NCBI GenBank assembly: GCA_016840545.1
Contig: JAEOSD010000003.1
Coordinates: 1 to 46,873 of the forward strand
Origin: Promethearchaeota archaeon
Lineage (GTDB): Archaea; Asgardarchaeota; Lokiarchaeia; Sigyniarchaeales; SOKP01
Length of the DNA: 46,873 nt
Reading direction: 5' to 3'
Both the position numbers and the translations under genes were made by a program. A model generated the notes under the pieces. It worked only from the letters and a program-made list of their open reading frames with translations. It made no database searches and was not told where the DNA came from. Positions 37,771 through 46,873 of this stretch are shown here, piece after piece. How positions within the stretch are numbered: the stretch's first letter is position 1; each line of letters begins with the position of its first letter.

Positions 37771-39003
37771 ATGAATCTTGAAAATACTTCTTTTTATAAC
37801 TTTATAGTAGTTGGAGCTGGACCAGCGGGTTTGACTGCTGGAATAGTAGCTGCTAGGAAAGGATTTTCAACAATTATACTAGAAAAAGGAAAAATTGCAG
37901 GACCAAAACCGAGAGGGGAAGGAATGGCTTATATGCCTATAGTAGATGACGTATTAGGAAAAGACTTTCTTCCTTCAATTGGATTGAAATCTAATGGTGG
38001 ACGAGTTTGGCACTCTCCTGGTGATATAAAATCCACTACTACATATCGGGATTATCCTCACTATTTCTTTGAATGGCGTACATTCATTGATCGATTCGTA
38101 GGGGTGGCTAATGAATTAAAGGTTCCAGTCTTACTGAATAGTGAAGTAATTGAGCCTATTGAAAGAAAAAATGTAACTATAGGTGTGAAGTACAGAGAAA
38201 AAGAAGGAAATGTCAAGGAAATCTATGGAAATGCGATTTTAGATTGTAGTGGTTATGAAGGAGTTATTGGAAAGAAGTATGGAATATCTTATAATGAGAT
38301 GAATTGCTCTATAATTAAATGTCTTATTAGCAATGCAAACTATGATCTAGAAGAACATCCTGATTTGGAATTCTTCTTTATAGGGAATGGTGATTTAGAG
38401 TATTCCCCATACTTTCCTCCAAGTGTTGCTTATTTCTTCCCTTTAGATAATAAAAAGGCTGAAGTAGGTTTGATGTTGAGAATGGGACAAGTTCCCAATA
38501 TGAAAACAGTTAAAATTCCTAACGAAAATGAAATAATGAAAGTTTGGGATTCCATTAAAGCCTCATATCCAAGCTTTAGTGAATTTTTTAAAGGTGCTAA
38601 TATTGATTATGAAGAACCAACCCAATTACCAAACGCTAAAATGGCAGAAACCTTTGTCCCAAATCCAGGAGCTGTGTTGATAGGTGATAGCGCAGGATTT
38701 GTAAACCCATTTGGTTCATCTGGACTTTATTATTCTATGGAAATGGCTAATTTTTGGGTTAATATAATATCAGAAAAATTGAAAGACACCAATATTAATA
38801 TTAATTATAACGAAATCTTATGGAATATTGAAAATATCAATGAATTCGAGAGTAAATTTGAAAGTTTTGAAGTATTTAAACAAGTACAGCATATGTATAA
38901 CCTGATAGGAGCATTTGAGTATAAGATTTTCAATAGATTACGTATAGCAGAGAAAATTAATAAAAAATGGGACTACATTGTATCACTCCTAAAACAAGCA
39001 TAA
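37771..39003 (+). CDS. Geranylgeranyl reductase-family FAD oxidoreductase
   Basis: VVGAGPAG, LEK...PKPRGEG, AYFFP, LIGDSAGFVNPFGSSGL. Confidence 0.8.
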   Translation: MNLENTSFYNFIVVGAGPAGLTAGIVAARKGFSTIILEKGKIAGPKPRGEGMAYMPIVDDVLGKDFLPSIGLKSNGGRVWHSPGDIKSTTTYRDYPHYFFEWRTFIDRFVGVANELKVPVLLNSEVIEPIERKNVTIGVKYREKEGNVKEIYGNAILDCSGYEGVIGKKYGISYNEMNCSIIKCLISNANYDLEEHPDLEFFFIGNGDLEYSPYFPPSVAYFFPLDNKKAEVGLMLRMGQVPNMKTVKIPNENEIMKVWDSIKASYPSFSEFFKGANIDYEEPTQLPNAKMAETFVPNPGAVLIGDSAGFVNPFGSSGLYYSMEMANFWVNIISEKLKDTNININYNEILWNIENINEFESKFESFEVFKQVQHMYNLIGAFEYKIFNRLRIAEKINKKWDYIVSLLKQA

Positions 39004-39343
39004 TCCCATTGGAATTATTTTTTTTCGAATACCATCTTAGAGGATTATTACATTCGCTTTTACTATAAAAAATTATTTCTAGAGCTCTTACTTCAAGTTA
39101 AAACCATTTTTTCATAAAATATGAGAAAATTATATTATTAAAAATAGTTCAAAAACATCATTTCTTCACAGAAGAAAGGGTGAAAGTATGATTTTTAACA
39201 ATTAATAAAATAATACTAATAAGAGTATGAACTATTGAGATTGTTAATTGTAGTAATTGTAGTAAAATCTTTAAATAATTTGAAACTTAATTTTGTTTAA
39301 TTACTTATTTGAATAAAACACTTAAAATTGGAGAAAATTTAGA

Positions 39344-41107
39344 ATGTACCATTTAGATGGAACAGACGTTTTAGACGCGAAATATTTCAGAAAGACTTTT
39401 AGTATATGCCCAGAATGCATGGAAAGAATTCCAGCTGAAGTTTACGAAGATGATAATGAAGAGATATGGATGAAAAAAAATTGTCCTGAACATGGCGATT
39501 TTAAAGACAAAATAAGCTCTTCCGCAAAATATTACAAATGGACTCACCATGCAATGAAAGATAAAGACGGAAACATCGTATGGCAATTCGATAAGGATGG
39601 AGAAGCTAATCCTGCTGATTGTGCACCTGAAGATCCACGAGGTTGTCCTTATAACTGTGGACTCTGTCCAGAGCATAAATCTACATGCTCTTTAGCTTTA
39701 ATTGACTTAACGAATCGCTGTAATTTTAACTGTAATTTCTGTTATGCTAATGTGGAAAAAGCTGGTTATTTAATTGAGCCAACATTAGAAGAAATCGGAC
39801 GAATTATGGACCATTTTAGAAATAAACCACTTCCTGCCGTTGCTATCATGTTCACTGGAGGAGAACCAACAGTAAGAAAGGATTTTCCTGAAATCTGCAA
39901 GATGGCAAAGGATAAGGGATTTAAAGAGGTCATAGTAGCTACAAACGGATATGGATTCCAACGTAAAAAAGGCGGACTGGAATTTACTAAAAAATGTTGG
40001 GAAATGGGTTTAGATACCTTATATTTCCAATTTGATGGAATTAATGATATTACCTACGAAAAAACTCGTGGAATTAAAAATCTTATGGCATATAAGCAAA
40101 GAGTCATAGATAACTGTCGAAAAGTAGGTCTTAGTTCTGTTGTTTTAGTTGCAACCATCGCCAAGGGTGTTACTGACATTGAAATTGGGAATATAATACA
40201 ATATTCGATTGATAACATTGATGTTGTGCGAGGTATTACTTTCCAACCGGTTTCGCTATGTGGGCGGATTGCCGCAGAAGAGATGAATGATCTTCGAATA
40301 ACAAATGCAGATGTTATAAAAGCAATTGAGGAACAAACTGGTGGAAAGATCAGCATGGAAAATGCATGGTACCCGCTTACAACTATAGTGGAATTCGGTC
40401 GACTCATTGCGTATTTAGCTGAAGTTGAACCTATTGAGTTTACCTGCCACCCTGATTGCGGATTTGCCACTTACATGGCCATAGATCCCGATACACATGA
40501 AATGGTTCCAATTATGGACTATTTTGATCCGTTAAAAGTTATTGATTTTGCTAATAAATTCTGGGAAAAAATCAAACATAAAGAAAAACAGGAGATTAAA
40601 TTCTTTGAAAATTTTATGGGTGATTTTGGAAAAACACTTGATAAAGGCTTGAATTTTCTTGATAAAACTCAACTTCGCGCCAGATTTCTTTTAGGAATAT
40701 TACAATACATGAAAAAACCAGGAAAACTTATGGAGATGTTTGGTAGATTAATAATGAACGGAGATTGGGAGAGTATTAGCTCATTCAGCCATGGAACGCT
40801 CTTACTTTCAAGCATGCACTTCCAAGATGCATATAATATGGATATTGAGAGAGTAAAAAGATGTATCGTACATTTTGGAGTAGCTATGCCCGATGGGACC
40901 GTAAAGGAGATTTCATTCTGTACTATGAATACACTGCATCGTCCCAATATAGAGAAACAAGTCGCTAAAAAAATTACGCAAAAGGTTAGAGACGAGTTTG
41001 ATACTTCAGTTGGTCAAGCCAGAGAAGAAATTGAACAGAAAATAGAGCCCGAAGTTGCTCAAAATGGTGGTATTGATAGAAATGAACTAGAAGAGGAGAA
41101 GGAATAG
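39344..41107 (+). CDS. tes: Tetraether lipid synthase Tes (GDGT-MAS, MJ0619-type radical SAM)
   Basis: CPEC..CPEHG rubredoxin-like N-terminus, GCPYNCGLCPEH, CNFNCNFC radical SAM motif, CHPDCG, MHFQDAYNMDIERVKRC..H, FCTMN. Confidence 0.85.
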   Translation: MYHLDGTDVLDAKYFRKTFSICPECMERIPAEVYEDDNEEIWMKKNCPEHGDFKDKISSSAKYYKWTHHAMKDKDGNIVWQFDKDGEANPADCAPEDPRGCPYNCGLCPEHKSTCSLALIDLTNRCNFNCNFCYANVEKAGYLIEPTLEEIGRIMDHFRNKPLPAVAIMFTGGEPTVRKDFPEICKMAKDKGFKEVIVATNGYGFQRKKGGLEFTKKCWEMGLDTLYFQFDGINDITYEKTRGIKNLMAYKQRVIDNCRKVGLSSVVLVATIAKGVTDIEIGNIIQYSIDNIDVVRGITFQPVSLCGRIAAEEMNDLRITNADVIKAIEEQTGGKISMENAWYPLTTIVEFGRLIAYLAEVEPIEFTCHPDCGFATYMAIDPDTHEMVPIMDYFDPLKVIDFANKFWEKIKHKEKQEIKFFENFMGDFGKTLDKGLNFLDKTQLRARFLLGILQYMKKPGKLMEMFGRLIMNGDWESISSFSHGTLLLSSMHFQDAYNMDIERVKRCIVHFGVAMPDGTVKEISFCTMNTLHRPNIEKQVAKKITQKVRDEFDTSVGQAREEIEQKIEPEVAQNGGIDRNELEEEKE

Positions 41108-41395
41108 ATGCCAGAAGAAATAATAGAAACAAAAGATGGATTAAAACTTCGTAAGCTGGCTGAATTAAAAACTACAGCAGAAGGAGACTACGAGGATGCA
41201 ATGCTTAATCGAGTAGAATACTTCAAGAAGAAAAATGAAGAAAAAAGCGGATTCAATAGTACTTTGCAGAACACCTTTTTTAAAGCTTTCAGTACTGCTT
41301 TAGATCTTAAGGTAAACATAGATAAGGCCTTGGGAGAGGAAAATTTGAAGAAGATTCATGAAGTAATAGACAATATCCTCTTATTTGGCTTATAA
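41108..41395 (+). CDS. Hypothetical protein abutting tes
   Basis: ATG immediately follows the tes TAG; charged, helical-looking 95 aa. Confidence 0.7.
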   Translation: MPEEIIETKDGLKLRKLAELKTTAEGDYEDAMLNRVEYFKKKNEEKSGFNSTLQNTFFKAFSTALDLKVNIDKALGEENLKKIHEVIDNILLFGL

Positions 41396-41553
41396 ATTAT
41401 TTTTTGAAACTTTTTTTATTTTATTTTGATTTTTCTTTTAAACCATAATAAAAACATTTTTAATTTTATAGGATTGTTAAATTATTAAAAAAGGGGATAA
41501 ACTTTCCACTTTATTTATAATTTTTAAACTAACCTATTAATGATTATAATAAT

Positions 41554-42048
41554 ATGTCTATGAATATAATACTATATGGAGATTTGAAACATAAGGAGCA
41601 GCAAAAGACCAACAAAGACAGCATTCCTTTAAAAATTAATATTTCAAATAGCGAAATAAATACTGTATATGATCTTTTAAATAAACTTAACATCGAAGAG
41701 AATAAAGTAAGTCATATCTTCGTAAATCATAAATATTGTGGTCCTGGAAAAGAAATTAAAGAAGGAGATAGAGTTGCCTTATTTCCAAAAAGAATGGCTT
41801 TAATGTTTGTAGAAATTCCTCAATCAAATTCAATTGAGGTTAGAGTTAAGCTTTCTGCTGATTTAAGAAAATATGGACCAGAGGAGTCAATAATAGCCAT
41901 ACCAGAAGGTAGCAATCTAATAACAATATATAAAAAATACAATATTACCAAAGAAGAAAGAAATTTAACAACATTGATAAATGGATTTGCTTCTCATGAC
42001 AAACAATATGTTTTAAGAAGTGGAGATGTCGTTGCATTTAAAATGTAA
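41554..42048 (+). CDS. Tandem MoaD/ThiS (SAMP-like) beta-grasp domain protein lacking C-terminal GG
   Basis: Two repeats: IILYGDL...TVYDLLNKLNI...IFVN...KEGDRVALFP and VKLSADL...IPEGS...LING...LRSGDVVAF. Confidence 0.78.
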   Translation: MSMNIILYGDLKHKEQQKTNKDSIPLKINISNSEINTVYDLLNKLNIEENKVSHIFVNHKYCGPGKEIKEGDRVALFPKRMALMFVEIPQSNSIEVRVKLSADLRKYGPEESIIAIPEGSNLITIYKKYNITKEERNLTTLINGFASHDKQYVLRSGDVVAFKM

Positions 42049-42145
42049 TTCTTCTTCTGAGATTTTTTAGTATTTATCAAATTATATTTAATTTGATTCA
42101 TTTTTCCAAAGTTATTTTTGAGATAGTAATTTAAATTAGATTAAG

Positions 42146-43228
42146 ATGATTTTCAACTTCTTTACCTTATTTATTACAATTTTATTTATTTTAAATGCGT
42201 TCGCTCAATTATATTATGCAATCAAGTTAAGAAAGAAATTTTCGGAGAAGCATAATATAATTAATTCAGTGCTAGTATTTTTGCTTTGGATTCTTGCGGG
42301 AATATTATACCCTTTTTTCTATATAAGAGACAATATTCATACCAGATGGTTTCAATCATTATCAATGCAAATAGTATGTATATATGCTCCGCTTCTTATT
42401 CTTTTTATATTATTTTACCAACGTCGCTTCATTATTAAGAATAACAAGGAACTAAAACATGAAAGGTCAATTGAAAATTTCTTAGAAAAAATGGATTCTG
42501 TTTATAAAGGTAAATCTGAAAATAAGAATTATCCGTTAATCACCGATTTACATAGAAAAGCGTTTCATTTGATACCAGTTGTGGTAATTATTTTTTTGTG
42601 GTTATTTGCTGTTAAAATATGGGATGGAATATGGGACGCTGATCTTTTCTGGGGCATAACTGGAGAGGAATACGCTGTTTTTTTGATTTTAACTGTCGGT
42701 TACACGGGTATATTGATATTTGCAGCATTAGATTACGTGCGTTTATCCTACATATTTGAAGATAGGAATATTTACCATTTAATGCCAAATTCTATTTCTA
42801 ATATCCTGGCAAAAACATTAAAACCCAATGAAATATATGAATTTACTAAACCGGTAGCTTTAGTTTTATCTTTTGTCCCTATTTTTTTCTTACCTATTAG
42901 TATTTTTGCCGCTACAGCATTAATCTCTACTTTAGGCGATGGCGCAGCTTCTATTTTTGGGATACGTTTTGGAAAGAAAAACTTTCCTAAAGGAAGTAAG
43001 AAAACCATAATCGGATATCTGGCTGGCTTTTTATCATCTCTATGTTGTTCTATCATTGTGTTTTTAATTTTTGAGCCTTTTATGTCTATAATTAAACTAT
43101 GTATTATTTCAGTAAGCGGAGCTTTAACATTTCTTATAATTGATTTGTTAAATTTAAAAATAGATGATAATATTACCAATCCAATATTGTGTGGATTAGT
43201 AATGTTCCTATTTTATCTTTATATGTAA
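42146..43228 (+). CDS. Dolichol/phytol kinase-like CTP-dependent isoprenoid alcohol kinase (membrane)
   Basis: RKAFHL, LGDGAASIFGIRFGK, KKTIIG, IDDNITNP; ~9 TM. Confidence 0.82.
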   Translation: MIFNFFTLFITILFILNAFAQLYYAIKLRKKFSEKHNIINSVLVFLLWILAGILYPFFYIRDNIHTRWFQSLSMQIVCIYAPLLILFILFYQRRFIIKNNKELKHERSIENFLEKMDSVYKGKSENKNYPLITDLHRKAFHLIPVVVIIFLWLFAVKIWDGIWDADLFWGITGEEYAVFLILTVGYTGILIFAALDYVRLSYIFEDRNIYHLMPNSISNILAKTLKPNEIYEFTKPVALVLSFVPIFFLPISIFAATALISTLGDGAASIFGIRFGKKNFPKGSKKTIIGYLAGFLSSLCCSIIVFLIFEPFMSIIKLCIISVSGALTFLIIDLLNLKIDDNITNPILCGLVMFLFYLYM

Positions 43229-43255
43229 AAATAAAAATAATCTGTTTTAAACAGA

Positions 43256-46216
43256 TTAAAAAAAAGCATCTAATTTCTTAGTTTCAGCCTCTTTTTTTGG
43301 TCTTTTTTGATATCCTTTATATATAATCTCTTCAAATTCAATATTCAAAGCGTCCAATACCTGTTCTAGTGCTGATTGTAAAAGATCTCTATATTTTGAG
43401 ACATCTAAATCCTGAAATTTTGCTAATTCCAGAACCTTCGCTCCAGTCTTGTCATTGCTTTTAATAAAACTTATTGTTTCTCCCTTTTGATACTTTTTTC
43501 CAGTGGCTTTCTGATGTTCTTTAGCGGCTCTTACATGTTGAGGAATTACCTTATCATATCTACTGATATCTTTCTGTATACTAATATTAATAGTGTAATC
43601 TCCTAGGTTAAATGCATCAGGTTTACCTATTTTATTTCTATTATCTTTTATAATTTCAACAATTCTCTTTCTTGCTTTCCTAAATTCCTGATCATTAGTT
43701 ACATTTTTTAAGATATCCAATATCTCATTGAAAACTTTTTTGATAAATTCCGGAGTATTTTTCTTTTTAGCTACTAATCCTTTTATGTCAATATATTTAG
43801 TATCCTTGTATATTCCTACATAATTCTTTTTCCTCTGAGAAAGTGCTAAGAATTGATATGTTTTTTCCTCCTCTAAATCTAAATCTAACTCTTTCTTGCT
43901 CCATTCAGATATTTCTTTCATTTGTTGCTTCGTTGGGTTCGCTAGAAACACTGAGTCAGTATCTCCATATAATACTTCTACTCCTAATTCCTCTGCTTTT
44001 TTAATGGTCTGTTTGATTGAATATTGACCTATCCCAGTAGTACTTTCAGCAACAGGTAAGCAAAACAATGGAAAGTTTTGACTACCAAAAACTCCATAAG
44101 ATCCATTTATAAATACTTTAAGAGCTTGTTGAATTGTTTGATAATAGCTCCTCTGTTTTGAGGAAATATTTTTATCACTTGATTTAGGTTTGAAAAATTT
44201 CACTCTAATATCTCGAAAAAATCCTACAACATACGCAAATATTCCCATCTTATGTGTACATATATGATAAGGGGTTCCTTTTACCAAATTCTTTTTATCA
44301 TCCTCATGAGGACATAATACTGTTTCATAAGATAAATTATGTTCCTTGATAATAGAAGGATAGAGCGAGGCGAAATCCATAACCACCACATTATAATGGA
44401 TACCCGGTACTGGTGGTACAACATAAGCACCTAAAAATTTTTCCTCATTAAATTTAGACATTAATGTTCCACCTTTTTTTAGTTCTGAGATTTCTAATCG
44501 CCTTGGAATGAGATAATGCATTCTACGATGTTCAAAATAAAAAATACTCTGGATCCAAGTTGATATTTGACGTCTAACCATTTCATGAATTGGTAATTTA
44601 GTTATTCTACACAATAAAATAATTAAATTCCACACTAATGAATTATTGAATTGTGTTAATTCCAAGGTTAAAATTGAATCTTTTAGATTGTACCAAGCAA
44701 GAATGTCATATTCCATTTCATAAATTTCTTCTTCATGCTCGTATTTTTTTCTACCTAATAATGCTGCACTTATCGCATTTAGCGAAGCACTTTCATATGC
44801 TCCACCAAATGCATAACCAGAAATACTTCTATTAAAGAAAAAGTTAAATAAATCAACATGGACTCCCTTTCTGAGATCGCAATCTGATTTTGAAAGTAAT
44901 CCATACCCTCTTTTTACATGTATAGGATTTAAATCTCTATCAATTTTTATTTTGTCTGCTCGATGAGACATATAGTTCAGATCAAAATTATCTCCATTAA
45001 AGGTAATTACTATCGGATACTCCCATAAAATCCTAAATGTCTCCTCTAATAACTCCTTTTCATCTTTAAAATAGAAAATTTGAGCATCAGGAGGAAAATT
45101 TTTATGAATTTTCCGATATAAGAAGCCTTCCCTTTCTAAAACGTAAACCAACTTAAGTCCATCATTTGATACAAATGAAACACTAATTATCTCTTGTTTT
45201 GCAAGTTGAGGATCAGGTATAATAAAATCCTCTGGTCCTAAATTAACTTCAATGTCCATTGCTAAACGCTTCACATCGGGAATTGGTGTGAGGAAAATAT
45301 TCAAAAATTTCTCAGAAAATTCTTGGATCTCTGGAGATTCCTCTTTAAATACCTTTCTAAGTTCACTAGCCATTATTTTTGATTCTTCTGAATCTTCTTC
45401 AAAACTTATTTTCTCAATTCTTCCGTTCTTAATTTTATATATCAGTCCAGGAATTAATTGTGTGTCGTATATATAATTCAAGTGATATCTAATATCTGCC
45501 TCCCAAGCTTTAATATCATTTTTACCTAAAATGTTTTTTATATTTAAGCCTGAACCGCCAATATTTGTAGGGGTTTTACCATAGATTTTTGAAATCTCGA
45601 TTTCTTTATCATTGATCAAATCATAGCGCTTTGTTTCCTCAAATCGCTTAAACCCATCGTACTCTGTTATTTTCTTTTGTATCACATGCTCATTAATTCT
45701 TTCTTCATAGTATAAATTTTTTAGTTCCGATATTGGCTCCTTACTTAAACAGTATGGTTCATGGCCAGTTGTATCAATCCAGATCCTTATTTCATCTGAA
45801 TCTAGATCATAAAATTTACAATACGCTTTATTTTGCCCACCATCATAATCAACATCGAGCAATAATCCTCTTTCAAGATTTTGAATGATTTCTCCTTTTT
45901 TAATCAGATAACGTATATATTTTGAGGAAACTGATTCACGAAGTATTTTTTCAACCTTTATATTACCCTTTTTCAATCCAAAGGGCTCAGGATTTCCTTT
46001 AAAGAATAATTTCTGAGGAATTGATTTTAATTGAGACTCTTGTATTAAAATCTCTTTTTCTTCTTCAATATCATCTTTTTCAATTATTTTTTCTTCTAAT
46101 GAGTTTTGTTCATAAGTTCCTTTTTCTACTTTCGGTTTATCATCAACAAATGAAATAAGAGACTTTTGCTTTTGATCTGGGGTTTTTTCCTTATCAGATT
46201 TTTTGGAGCTTGGCAA
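43256..46216 (-). CDS. polB: Family B DNA polymerase (archaeal PolB1-type), catalytically intact
   Basis: ExoI DIEV, ExoII FNGDNFD, ExoIII YNLKD; DFASLYPSII, KVFINGSYG, YGDTDS, KKNY. Confidence 0.95.
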   Translation of the reverse strand: MPSSKKSDKEKTPDQKQKSLISFVDDKPKVEKGTYEQNSLEEKIIEKDDIEEEKEILIQESQLKSIPQKLFFKGNPEPFGLKKGNIKVEKILRESVSSKYIRYLIKKGEIIQNLERGLLLDVDYDGGQNKAYCKFYDLDSDEIRIWIDTTGHEPYCLSKEPISELKNLYYEERINEHVIQKKITEYDGFKRFEETKRYDLINDKEIEISKIYGKTPTNIGGSGLNIKNILGKNDIKAWEADIRYHLNYIYDTQLIPGLIYKIKNGRIEKISFEEDSEESKIMASELRKVFKEESPEIQEFSEKFLNIFLTPIPDVKRLAMDIEVNLGPEDFIIPDPQLAKQEIISVSFVSNDGLKLVYVLEREGFLYRKIHKNFPPDAQIFYFKDEKELLEETFRILWEYPIVITFNGDNFDLNYMSHRADKIKIDRDLNPIHVKRGYGLLSKSDCDLRKGVHVDLFNFFFNRSISGYAFGGAYESASLNAISAALLGRKKYEHEEEIYEMEYDILAWYNLKDSILTLELTQFNNSLVWNLIILLCRITKLPIHEMVRRQISTWIQSIFYFEHRRMHYLIPRRLEISELKKGGTLMSKFNEEKFLGAYVVPPVPGIHYNVVVMDFASLYPSIIKEHNLSYETVLCPHEDDKKNLVKGTPYHICTHKMGIFAYVVGFFRDIRVKFFKPKSSDKNISSKQRSYYQTIQQALKVFINGSYGVFGSQNFPLFCLPVAESTTGIGQYSIKQTIKKAEELGVEVLYGDTDSVFLANPTKQQMKEISEWSKKELDLDLEEEKTYQFLALSQRKKNYVGIYKDTKYIDIKGLVAKKKNTPEFIKKVFNEILDILKNVTNDQEFRKARKRIVEIIKDNRNKIGKPDAFNLGDYTINISIQKDISRYDKVIPQHVRAAKEHQKATGKKYQKGETISFIKSNDKTGAKVLELAKFQDLDVSKYRDLLQSALEQVLDALNIEFEEIIYKGYQKRPKKEAETKKLDAFF

Positions 46217-46431
46217 AATAATTACCTTTTAAAAATTAAATTTAACTTTCTAATTAATAATATTATAATATTCATTATAATCTCAACTATTTTTAATTTA
46301 ATAACCATATATAAGGATAGGGACTAATAAAAACCATTAATAAAGTGAATAACATTCAAAGAAATTCTAATTAATATCAATAATGTAACTAATTTATTGA
46401 AAAATAAGAAGTATTATTTTAGCCTTGAAAT

Positions 46432-46779
46432 TTATTGACTCGTTCTATTTTCTTTAATAATCTTCTCTATCTCTTTTAAAAGGAGTTGTTTTTCGGCAAT
46501 AAACCAATGTAATTTTGATTTTTCGGGGTGTTCTTGATGAATTGTTTCAGCAAGCTTTCTAATTTCTTCCTCAGGGGGTTTAATAATCTCTCCATTTACA
46601 TCATCCCTAATTAATAATACTAAATTATCAGTTTCGAGGGGTTTAATATCATATCCATTCTTTACATTTTTATTTATTGTAACACATAATTCGGCAAGAA
46701 ACCAAACGCTTTTTTCATAATTTTCACGCGATTTATATCTTTGAAACGCCAATACTTCTACATCTTCTTTTGTGAACAA
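46432..46779 (-). CDS. Hypothetical protein with two DUF2934-like helical repeats
   Basis: EDVEVLAFQRY...VWFLAE and EEIRKLAETIH...HWFIAEKQL; SD AAGGAG upstream of TTG. Confidence 0.65.
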   Translation of the reverse strand: MFTKEDVEVLAFQRYKSRENYEKSVWFLAELCVTINKNVKNGYDIKPLETDNLVLLIRDDVNGEIIKPPEEEIRKLAETIHQEHPEKSKLHWFIAEKQLLLKEIEKIIKENRTSQ

Positions 46780-46873
46780 TTTTTTTTAAACAACTCCTTC
46801 ATTAAATAATTTAAACGTTAATCTTATTATCAAAAAAGAAAGTTTTACATTTAATTATTTGTATTGAGATTTA

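Noticed and set aside
39246-39265. TAATTGTAG tandem duplication upstream of tes
   Set aside because: Two 9-bp copies in AT-rich DNA; could be an operator but is unsupported
2996-45476. Short nested ORFs (2996, 6372, 6667, 9091, 10428, 10751, 10980, 17969, 19272, 19597, 20399, 20503, 32567, 35515, 39371, 40054, 40669, 42772, 44653, 45252)
   Set aside because: All lie antisense or off-frame within well-supported genes and show no motifs
43256-46216. polB as a casposon or viral marker
   Set aside because: Cellular PolB1-type sequence with no cas1, integrase, capsid genes or terminal repeats nearby

Overview
AT-rich archaeal chromosomal segment, most consistent with an Asgard archaeon (Lokiarchaeia-like). 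This is an inference from gene content: a Rab-like small GTPase, Alba, archaeal CdhB/CdhC, PolB1-type polymerase, tetraether synthase and many paralogous beta-oxidation enzymes. The left ~21 kb is a lipid/acyl-CoA catabolism region with three crotonases, two acyl-CoA ligases, a Cys-less thiolase-like protein with DUF35 and SCP2 partners, a CrtI/RetSat-like flavoprotein overlapping an FNR/[2Fe-2S] reductase, and an Fe-ADH. That region is interrupted by HIRAN, a SWIM::vWA chimera and an orphan N6-MTase-TRD fusion. The middle has Alba, CooT, CdhB-CdhC, a split degenerate Rab-like GTPase, NAD salvage genes, a solo Mre11-like nuclease and a PHP membrane protein. The right end has an exported-protein gene broken by an in-frame TGA and followed by a kink-turn/SECIS-like hairpin, an archaeal-lipid cluster (GGR-like, Tes, isoprenoid alcohol kinase, tandem GG-less Ubl) and polB. 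I saw no rRNA, tRNA, CRISPR array or transposase. All assignments are from motif recognition by eye; no searches were run.
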